From Vicugna vicugna (lineage: Eukaryota), in NCBI GenBank assembly GCA_013265495.1, contig MU061050.1, positions 2,312,307 to 2,376,306 on the forward strand: DNA of 64,000 bases. Direction: 5' to 3'. The notes beneath the pieces are model-generated. The model was given only the letters and a program-made list of their open reading frames with translations, ran no database searches and was not told the origin of the DNA. How positions within the stretch are numbered: position 1 is the stretch's first letter; each line of letters opens with the position of its first letter. Positions 34,055 through 43,900 of the stretch are shown piece after piece. The position numbers and the translations under genes are program-made.

Positions 34055-34543
34055 CGTAACCTAGCAAAAAGGCTCATGTGCCAGACACACAGAAAGCCAA
34101 ACTCTGACAGCAGGTGTTTGCAGCAAAGTAAGGCTTTACTGCAGAACTCCAAACAAGGGAGAGGGAGAGAAGCATCCAATCCACTCCCACTTAATCTTTA
34201 AGTCATGAGTTGTTAAAGGGGAAGAAAAGGAAACTGGAATTAATCATCATCTTGTGACATTTCTTAACCATAGTTTTGGGAGTCAGGATGCCTGAAGTTT
34301 ACGAGTCTCTGGTCTGATGGTCCATGACCCAGGGGTCTGTTACCTCACCTTGCCCTGGAGAAACAGCTTGACTCTGTACGTTAGCGATGTTATCTACAAC
34401 AGCAAGGTTAGTCCTCTGACTCTAAGTGTTACTGTTCAGTTAGCCCAGGATTGAGGTCAGAAGGGACAAGACAGGGAATAAAATTTTGGATAGAGAGGTT
34501 AAACTCAGAAGGGGGACTGGATTTTAGGGGGATCTCGGTTTCA
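34055..34543 (-). mobile_element. ERV 5' LTR
   Basis: Homologous to 27643-28124 (about 85% identity by manual alignment). Minus strand TGAAACCG...GTTACG, followed by the PBS. Confidence 0.92.
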
Positions 34544-37090
34544 CTAGCTACTGTCCTAGTGGTACCTGACCAGATCAGTTTGTGATGTCGTTGATTGTAA
34601 TAGTAATAGTAATAGTAATAATAACTTACTGAGAAACTGATATACCAGCTCCTCTCTTATACACTCTGTCTACACTTTCTCTCAGTAAGAGAAGTATTCT
34701 TCTTCCCATTTTAGAGAAGAGAAGACTGAGGCTCAGCTTTTCATAGGTTTCACAGCTTAGACAAGCTTCTTCTGACTCCAGACCTGAGCAGGCTGAAGCT
34801 GAGGCTGAGTGGCTACCTGCAGGGATGCTGTAAATAGAATTCGATTTCTGAGTGGGAGATTGCACTAGATAATTTCAGAGTCCTTCCAACTCTCAAAGTT
34901 AGACTAGCTTCAACTAGCACTTTTAAGCACACACACATTCAGCACCAACTAAATGCCAGGTACTATGTAACATTCTCTCCAGGAAGTATGTGGCCACTGG
35001 GCTAACTCTTAAGATGCTTCTGGGCCATATCACCTATGCCTGTCCCTCTTATCCTTCTTGGCACCCAGAGTGACCACCCCCTTCACCCTCCATGCAGACT
35101 GAGCGCTCAGTTCATCTGAATATTTGGTGAAGAAGTTTCTTTGAACACACACCCATCTCTGCTGTTTGAGTTCATATGGTGTAGGGTGGCTGGGTCATTC
35201 GGGTGCAGTCCTTGACACCAAGATGTCACCTCAAAGAGGTGACCCGTGAGGCAAATGAATTTATTTTAAGCAAGAGCACCAGGCCAACCTCAGACAGAGC
35301 TGCCAATCCACTCTCCTCAGTCTGGCCAGCCAGGCAATGACGTGGAGGAGAAGACAAAAATCTGGAGGTGGGGGAGGGGCAGCCACATGCCCCAGAATGG
35401 TCAGAGGAACTGCAGGATGTGCTTAATGATCTTGAACTGGAGGCTTTACTCTACTGTTCCTGCCTGGCTTCCTGAGAGCCTGGGAAGCAGAGACCAGAGG
35501 GCTCTGGGGACGGAGGGCAGGCCTTTGGTCACTTAGAGGATGCTGCCAAGCATGAAAGCAGGCCCAAGTTCCAGAGACTTCCCTCTAGGATGCTACAATC
35601 AGAGCTTTTCTCTTTGCACATTTTTAAAAAAATATTTAAGCTTTTCAATTCTAACAGTAACAAAAACAAAATGTATTTTGTCTTTGCATAAAACAAACCA
35701 TGGGTTTATACACTAAGGAATCTGGGCAGCTGTGCTGCGTGTAAAAGAACTGGGATGAGAGTATCTCGCTCGTATTTTGCTCTGTGTTACATTATCGTGT
35801 TTGCTTTCTCTTTGAGTGTTTGCAGGATGTAGATGGTCTATCCGTAGTCCAAGATGTGCAGTTGATTTATTGCTTATAAACTTCCAGGTGTAAGCAGGAG
35901 TTGGTGTTGTGTAACACTTCTTACTAAGGAGTCAATCCCCGCACCCAGTAAAGAACAAACCCCATGGCCCTTGCCTTTAAGAGCAGCAGTAAACAGGTCG
36001 TTAGCAATGGTTTAAGGAGCCCCAAGGAGGGGCCCTAGGAAGGTCAGAGAAAGCTTCCTGGAGGAGGTGACCCTTGAGGCAAAGGAATAGATTTCAGGCA
36101 AGAGTAAGCGCTTCCCTCCTTCCCTCCTTCAGATCTTTTCTGCCAGTCTTTTCAGTCTTTCCATAGTTTAGGGTCTCAAACTGCTTTTCAGAGCTTGTGA
36201 AAGACAGGAATAATTTCCTTCCAATTTACAAGATGGGAAATCAAATCAAAGAGTGGCTAAGGGACTACTCAAGGTTTTCTTTCAAATTTAAGAATGACTA
36301 CGGGGTGCCTAGCTAGAGCTAGACATTTGACTACATAGCACAAAGGAAATATAGATAAACTTGTTATCACCGGGAGATATGAAAAGGAAAATTAAAAAAT
36401 AATCATAAAGATCTTATGCAAATAATTCCCCAGCTATTTATCCAGGACTTGCTATCTGCAAGGCATTCTGTGAGGCAATGGGTAGGGGTGGGGAGAGTTA
36501 GAAATATAGGTAAATATGTTCCCAGCCCTTAAGAACTCACAGTTTAACTGGCTGCAGGAGAGGCAGGGTGGCAGGAACAGGAATCTAATACTTGGTGGAA
36601 CATAATGGCCCACACTATGAAGTACTGCGAAAGGAGTGGATGGGGCTTGCTGGAATTTAAGGGCTGAATAGAATTTTTCTGGGAAAGCTTCCTGGAGAAG
36701 GTGGACAAGGTAATGATGCTGGAAACCAGAGGAGATAAAGAGATGAATGACTGAATAAGCAAAACCTTTTTTACATACTTGCCTTTCCAGAGCCAGTTCA
36801 GTAATCACCTCTTCCATGAAGCCTTCCCAGATAGACAGGTGAAATTAGACATTGCTATCCTAACCCTCCACCACCCTAGGCTTGCAAAGCATGCCTTTTC
36901 TAGAATGTACCTTATTGCTGTACCTGTTAACTTACCTGCTTGCCTCAGCTCAAGGGCCCCGTGCCAAAGGAAGGAAGGCAGGAAGGAAGGACAGACAGAG
37001 GAAAGGCCTTTGACTGTAAGGGGCTGGGTACTGCATTCACGGTGGGGTGTCTCACTTTGGTTTTGTTTACTTATGTTTACTTTTTACTAT

Positions 37091-37216
37091 TTAAAAAAAA
37101 AGATTGGGGAGGAGGTAATTAGGTTTATTTATTTATTTTAATGGAGGTAGTGAGGATTGAACCCAAGACCCCGGGAATGCTAAGCACATACTCTACCACT
37201 GAGCTACACCCTCCCC
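37091..37216 (-). mobile_element. tRNA-derived camelid-type SINE
   Basis: ggaggtaattaggtttatttatttatttt aatggaggtagtgaggattgaacccaagacc...ctctaccactgagctacaccctcccc. Confidence 0.9.
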
Positions 37217-38534
37217 TCTACTTTTTTTTTTTCACTATTTTATTGAAGTACAACTTCCACGCAGTGGAAGGCACAAATCTAAGCATACAACCCAATAAAT
37301 ATTTACATGTTTACAGCTGTGTAACCACCAACCAGATTAAGTTATAGAATGCTTCTAGCCCTGCAAACACTGTGGGCTGCCTCACCACACCAGAGTCACT
37401 GCCACTGCGGCCAGAGGAGACGAACCAGTAGGATGATGTAACTACGGAGTACCATCTAAGAAAATTATGAAAGAATTTCAGGCATTTGGGCTGGAGAAGC
37501 CACGTGCTGGGGTGAGGGCATCATCTGTGTGAAGGGCTAACATGCACAAAGAAAGCAATGAGACTTGTCCAGCGGGTAGCATTTCAGTTCTGCAGAAAAC
37601 CCCTCCTACCACCAGAGCTGACCCACATGGGAAGCAGACCCCCAGGCAAGGATAAGTGAGGTCCCCGTCAGTAAGAGGCAGCAGACAAGAACAGTACTGA
37701 CCAGCATTTATCAGCAATGATGGGGTGCGGGTAGGGGACTCAACTGAAGATGGCGCCTTCCAACTCTGAGCTTCTTATGGTTCTGGAATTCTTTGAGGGT
37801 GGAAGAGAGGACCCAATTAAACATTTGAATTTATGATTTGTTTTTGTTTCTTCCCCCTGCAGGATAACTTTACTTAATTGCAAGCACTGTGCAGGCCCAT
37901 CATTATCATCGCCAAATAAGTACTTGTCATCACCTACAGACCAACTGAGCCAGAGGGACCCTGGGGCTTCCATCCCTGGTGCTCACAGCCTAGGTGGGGA
38001 TGGAGCAGATGTCGGTGTGCCACTGTGAGGTCGGGCCAGTACCCGCAAGAGAAGTTTGTTGCCCCCACCACATGCCAAGCTGTCGTGGGAACACCTACCC
38101 ACCTATCTCCTCAGCCCTTTCAGCACTGGTCCCCATGGTGGGCAAGTGGTCATGATGTCATGGCTCCTGCCACTACTAGAACACCTGGGCAGAGACGACC
38201 CTGTAGGGCCTTTCTGCTCTGCCTCCAGGAGCCAGTGCAGGAGAGGTGTCTGGCTGCCTTCATGAACAGGAAGGACCACACGGGACCCAACAGCCCTGTG
38301 GCCACCGTGGGGAGCAGCAGCCTGTGTCAGCTGCAGGCTCCTGGAAGAACTCCCAGTCTGGAGGCTAACACCCTCCTACTCCACCCCCATCCAGCTTTTT
38401 CCAGCAAAAAAAAGCAATTTTCCTCAGAACTCTTTTTATTTTTTCCCTAGAGGATTATTTCAGAATTCCTCCAGAGATTCCTCCAAGTCACTGTCCTTCC
38501 CTTCCCGCCCTCTCCTCACCCCCTCCCCCAACTA

Positions 38535-38537
38535 GAA

Positions 38538-38588
<51 letters not shown>

Positions 38589-38661
38589 NNNNNNNNNNNN
38601 NNNNNNNNNNNNNNNNNNNNNNNNNNNNNNNNNNNNNNNNNNNNNNNNNNNNNNNNNNNNN

Positions 38662-38694
<33 letters not shown>

Positions 38695-38720
38695 GGAGGG
38701 AGGGAGGGAGGGAGTGGGAG
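38535..38720. repeat. (GA)n polypurine tract containing a 73-nt N-gap (38589-38661)
   Basis: GA units on both sides of the gap, followed by (GGGA)n. Confidence 0.9.
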
Positions 38721-38979
38721 AGAGAGAGAACACCTTCCTCTATCCGGCACCTGTACGGATGAAATGTGGCAAGTGGAGACCGGCTCTCGGGCCCTTCTGC
38801 AGAGCATGGGGTTATTACCTTTCTGATGAAAGCCGTGGATACTCTCCCAAGACAAACTGCATGTAGGAGATTTTGTCTTCTACTTCAGGGGAAGATGGGG
38901 TGCTGTCAGAGCCCCGAAGTTCATCTGTGAAGCTTCTAGGTTTAAAAGGGAGGGCTCCGGGTTCTTCCACCGCCAAAGC

Positions 38980-39860
38980 ACCGGCCGGATTGGTGTCTGG
39001 GGAGGGCCTGCCGGTCCCTCGAGCCCAGGCGCAGCGCTGGTCAAGATCCTGCTCCCCCGTCTCCCGGTGTACGTACCGGACGTCTTAGGCTCTCAGTTTG
39101 CCCAGCTCTAAAATGGGCACCCAGGCCCCTCTGCCCTTGGGGGGCTGGATAAGGAGGCAGCGGGGGCGGGGAGCGGGGGGGGAGAGGGGGTGGGGGGGAA
39201 GAGCGGCTCCCGGTTGGTCTCCCGAAGCCGGGGGAGGGTGAAAACGCGAGTTCGGGAAGGAAGGGGAGGCTGGCGCCTGGCACCGCACGAGGAAGGCGCG
39301 GGCTGGGCCACGGTGCCCACGGCCGGCCGAGGCTCCCCCGGCTCCCCCCGGGCCCGAGGGCGGGGCCCCTCGCCGGGCGAGCACTCGGGCACCGGCGCGC
39401 GCCCGGACCAGCCGCCGCGAGCCCGCCGGCCGGGGCCATGGGCNNNNNNNNNNNNNNNNNNNNNNNNNNNNNNNNNNNNNNNNNNNNNNNNNNNNNNNNN
39501 NNNNNNNNNNNNNNNNNNNNNNNNNNNNNNNNNNNNNNNNNNNNNNNNNNNNNNNNNNNNNNNNNNNNNNNNNNNNNNNNNNNNNNNNNNNNNNNNNNNN
39601 NNNNNNNNNNNNNNNNNNNNNNNNNNNNNNNNNNNNNNNNNNNNNNNNNNNNNNNNNNNNNNNNNNNNNNNGTGCCGGGCCCTCGCGCCGCGGCCCCCTG
39701 AGCCTGCCACCCCCCCTGCCCTTCCCGACCCTTCCCGCCGCCCTCATCTCTGACCCCCGCGGGGCTCGGGCCACCAGCTGTCCCCGCCTTCTGGCAGGCG
39801 GCGGCCACCTCTCCTGGCTCCGCCAGCCGTGCCGCGCCTTTGCTGGAGGGCTCCCTCCCT
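38980..39860 (+). promoter_or_regulatory. MFSD4A: CpG island / MFSD4A promoter and 5' end
   Basis: Very high GC and CpG density, multiple GC boxes, and a strong Kozak context gccATGG at 39438. Confidence 0.9.
39438..39667 (+). CDS. MFSD4A: MFSD4A coding exon 1 (only ATG GGC visible; the rest lies in the N-gap 39444-39671)
   Basis: ATG GGC (Met-Gly) in a Kozak context. The end is inferred: exon 2 needs a phase-2 partner, and a 230-nt exon gives 512 codons to the window end, matching the recalled 514-aa human protein ending ECYQR. Confidence 0.75.
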
Positions 39861-42800
39861 CCCCCACCCCAGGTCACCCCGCAAAACTCTCTTCGGAGAC
39901 TGAAGGTGACTTCTGGATTATTTATTTGCCTTCACTCACCCCTGTGAGGGCATAAACCCAGCTTTCACCCCGCTTTTCCCACCCGCAACCCCTGGGGAGA
40001 GGGGTGATGGATTTTGCAGGGGTAGGAGGGTCGCCCTCTTGCACAGCCGGTGTGAGGTAGATCTGTAGCCCCTGCTGCCGGGGGTGGGGGCGGAATTGGA
40101 AGTGAGGTGGCAGGAGAGGGAGTGTCACCTCAGGGGCCGTATGAGTGCCAGAGCTGGCTGCGTCTGGACAGTGCCCTCGGGCGGGCTCCACTCAGATCCT
40201 TAGCTCCAGATCAGCTGACACAGGGTGTACCTTCCCCTGGGTGGCCACGGGGCTGGTGGGTCCTGTGTGCTCGTGTGTGGGAGCCAGAGTTCCTGCATTG
40301 GCGCCTGGAGGCAGTGCCTTTCTGCCACTGAGACACAGGACCTCAGAGCTAGGTCCATGCAGGGGAGGTGCAGGGTGACTCACTTGTAACTTAATGAGGT
40401 GACCCTCCATCTCTGGTACCAGGGTCCCTCTCTGCTCCCCCCAACCCGCGATACTCCTCCCTGGCCCCTGCCCCAGGGCATGGCTCTGGTTTCTGCCTGG
40501 CATGGCCCCCAGAGATCCCTGTTTGGACACCATTGCAGAACCTCATTCTCCCAGCACAAATTCTTCACGGCCACCTCCGCAGAGTCCTTTGGAAAGGCAG
40601 CAGGATTCACTCTCTTAGTACAGCTGGGAGAACAGACCCAAAGCAGGGGGTAGATGACTTGCAAGTCGAAGGCTGCTGGATATTTCCCTAGTCCCAGCTC
40701 CTGGCTGGGTGGTTTCCTGGACTGCATGGACTCAAGCAAGCAGACGCCTGGGAACAAAACCACGGTTCACTTATCCCAGAGAAGCCTCTGGGGGCCCATT
40801 CTGGACCAAGGGCTCTGCCCTTTGGCTCACTGCTAGAGGTATCCGTGAGGGTGGGGTTTCCTCTCCAACTCACTTCCAGAGCTGATGGAGAGGAACACAG
40901 GTGTCATGCATATAAGACCCCCACCTTAAGCCATCCAACTGACAAAACTATCAACTAGGGAGTGATTATCATCACCGCCAAAATCCTCTTATAAACCAAA
41001 GCATTCTCCTCTTAAGAAGCAAGTGTTCTTGTATACACTAGTGTCTCTGTGGGTTTTGTACAGGATTGGGTGCATGGGGGACTCAGAAAATCTTAAGAGA
41101 AAGCTCGAGAGCCTTTCTGATTCTGCCTAGAGGTTTCATTAGAAATCTATCAGGGTATTTTTTTTTTCTGGTTTTGTTTTTAAGTATTTTGACTTAACAA
41201 AAGCTCCCTTTCCTGAAACAGTTTAGAAACAGGTGTATTGCAAAGAACAGGAAGGGGGATGAGGATAACTCTAAATGGCAGGTTGGTGTGCCAGGCTTTG
41301 TGAAAATAGCAGAGATACACACCCAGCTGGGCCAGCTCTTCCTTACCTGCTTTGTGCCTCCCTCAGTGAGGGGCTCTGAACAGGCAGCAGAAAGGGTCTT
41401 GCTTTAGGAAACTGGCTCACAGAAAAGAAAAAGGATGATGGTAGCAGTAATAACTAACTTTATGGAGCATTTACACGATGCCAGGCACTTTTCGTACTTA
41501 GCACCTCACTTGTATCAACTCATTTAACCTTCACAACCACCCTGTAGAACCGTGGTATTATCTGCATTTTGTGCATAAGGAAACTGAAGTTCAGGGAGGT
41601 TAAGAAACTTGCCCCTGTCACACAGCTCTTAAGAGGTCTAGCAAGGATTTGAACCCACACATTTGTGTCTAGAAGCAGATACTTTGGAAATGCCTTTTGC
41701 TTTTTCATGAAAAAGCAAGCTGACTCATAGTAGTCAGCTTCATCTCTGCAGGGTACAAGTTAAACCCTATTCTCGCCAGGCAAAGGCATGGCGTGGGTAT
41801 CCCTGGGTACTCATGGGCTGAGTATTCCTGAACTGATACTCCTGGGAAGGAAACTGTGGGCCTTTGGGGCTCCCTGCTGGGATCCAAGGGGTGAGGATAG
41901 GGTAAAGTAGGGGGAGTAGGTCCCTTCAGTGGTTCAGGTTTAAATTCTGAACCTCAGTCCTCCCACCCCAAGACAAAATATATTAAAGAATCCTTTCCTT
42001 CCATCAAGAGCAGTGTAGACTTCAGTGGAAATAGAGGGACATTACGGGGGTGGCTTGTGTGTAGACAGAGTCACCACCTAGCCAGGGCTGGACAGCTCAT
42101 CGCAATCCTCCATCTCCGCAGACAAACAGAACCTCCACCAGTCCTGAAACCAGCTCTGAAAGCAGCTCTAAAGCTTGATTCCTTGGGGCCTCACTGCAAG
42201 TTAAAATGCTTATACCCCTACTAGTGCTTTTCAGCTTAAGTGATTACCTCGAGTGCGCTGAGCTGGTACTGTGAGTGGCAGATTGGTTTAACAAATAGAG
42301 AAGGGCCAGCTGTTTCGGGGGAGCGGGGGTGAGTGCGGGATGACACACAGGAGGAGAGTCAGGGCAGCGCCTCTTTCTCTGGCATTCCTGGTAAGTCCCG
42401 CCTACTCCTTAGCCCAGACTGAGGACCAGGGCTGGATAGGGTTTCTGGATGCCTCCATGGGGACGCACACTGGAGGGACTGAGTGTGGAGAGCCTGGGAT
42501 GTTAGAGGGCAGAAGAGAGCAAGAGTCCTCAGCCCAGGGTGGGACCAGCTCTCTCTCTCTCTGTCTCTTCTAACACAGACAGAGATCTTGAAGGAGGCCA
42601 CCACTTGCAGGTCAAGAGGGAAAAGCATGCAGTTAGGGCCAGAAGAATCTGGACTAGACCTTCCTTAGAAAAATCTTCCTTATTGAGAGCAAGGAACTTT
42701 TCAGAAAGAAAAATATCCAAAGCCACCTGGTTGGCAGGGTGTATAGGTATGTGTCAGACAGGAAAGAAGAGGGGTATTTAGCCGAAAGGTTAGGGTTTGG

Positions 42801-43319
42801 TTCCTGGTTTCATGGGGACCTGTCGAACCACCCTGGGCAGTTTGGGAAACCCCTTTATCTCAAAGGCATCAGGGTAGATAAATGGCTTTCAGAGTTGCCC
42901 CAGCCTTTTCCTAACCTCACCTGGGCCTTTTCTCTGCACGCTCTTACCTGAAGGCTTGAGTTCTTCTCTTTGCTGTATTAACTATCTCTTTCTCTACCTT
43001 TCTTTTTTTCTCAACTTCCTGCAAGTCCTGCCCTACCCAAAACCCAGCTCTGACTCCTCTGACATGCCCAGAGCATGAAACCCAGTCTTCCATGCAAGGT
43101 TCCCCAGGCCACTCTCTGACCTGCTTCCCCAGGATGCTGGCCCCTGTGGTCCTGGGAACACAATACAAAAGCCAGTTCCCTTCTCTGAGCTGCGTCCTTG
43201 TTGGTCTCCCATCTAGAAAGCCTCTGCCTCTCCCTCCAGCAGCTTGTCCACCTTTCAGCATGCGGAAACCTGGCCCAAAAGCCTCCTAGGGGACTAGCAC
43301 CAGACATGGGTTCTTGCTT

Positions 43320-43900
43320 TAAAAACCCATCTCTACATGGGAGTTACCATCTGACCAAGGAGCTCCACTCCTAGGTATGTACATACCTCAAGGAAGTGAA
43401 ACCCTGTCCACACAAAAACTTGTACATGAATGTTCATAGCAGCATTATTCATAACTGCCAAAAAGTGGAAACAAACCAAGTGTTCATCAACAATGGATGG
43501 GCAAACANNNNNNNNNNNNNNNNNNNNNNNNNNNNNNNNNNNNNNNNNNNNNNNNNNNNNNNNNNNNNNNNNNNNNNNNNNNNNNNNNNNNNNNNNNNNN
43601 NNNNNNNNNNNNNNNNNNNNNNNNNNNNNNNNNNNNNNTACTGTTAGGATTCCATTTGGCTGAAACTCCGGAGTAGGAAACTCTATAGAGACAGAAAGTA
43701 GATGAGTAGTGTCCTCGGGCTGGGTGTGGGGTGCGGAGAGGAATGGGGAGTGACTGCTAATGGGCATGGCATTTCTTTTTGGGGTGATGTAAGTGCTCCA
43801 AACTTAGACTGTGGTGATGGGTTCGCAACTCTGAATATACTAAACACCATTAAATTGTGCACTTTGAATAGATTAATTTTATCGTATGTAAATTATATCT
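43320..43900 (+). mobile_element. L1MB-type 3' end containing an N-gap (43508-43638)
   Basis: tccacacaaaaacttgtacatgaatgttcatagcagcattattcataactgccaaaaagtggaaacaaacc...gagtgactgctaatggg...aaattgtgcactttgaa. Confidence 0.85.

Larger units (their letters stand above)
27643..34543 (-). mobile_element. Class I (ERV1, MER4-group-like) two-LTR provirus, non-autonomous or decayed
   Basis: Two homologous LTRs of about 485 bp in the same orientation, with PBS and PPT on the - strand. TSD ctgg (27639-27642) / ctag (34544-34547). AT-rich internal region with integrase and env-end remnants but no long ORF. Confidence 0.92.

Noticed and set aside
35826-35889. Possible 64-nt cassette exon (pyrimidine tract + cag, donor GTAAGC)
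   Set aside because: No partner exons or recognisable peptide, and it cannot be distinguished from a decoy exon without RNA data.
37746-37757. YY1-like GAAGATGGCGCC
   Set aside because: An isolated short motif with no supporting context.
39041-39877. Long minus-strand ORFs across the CpG island
   Set aside because: They are inflated by the N-gap and by stop-poor GC-rich sequence.
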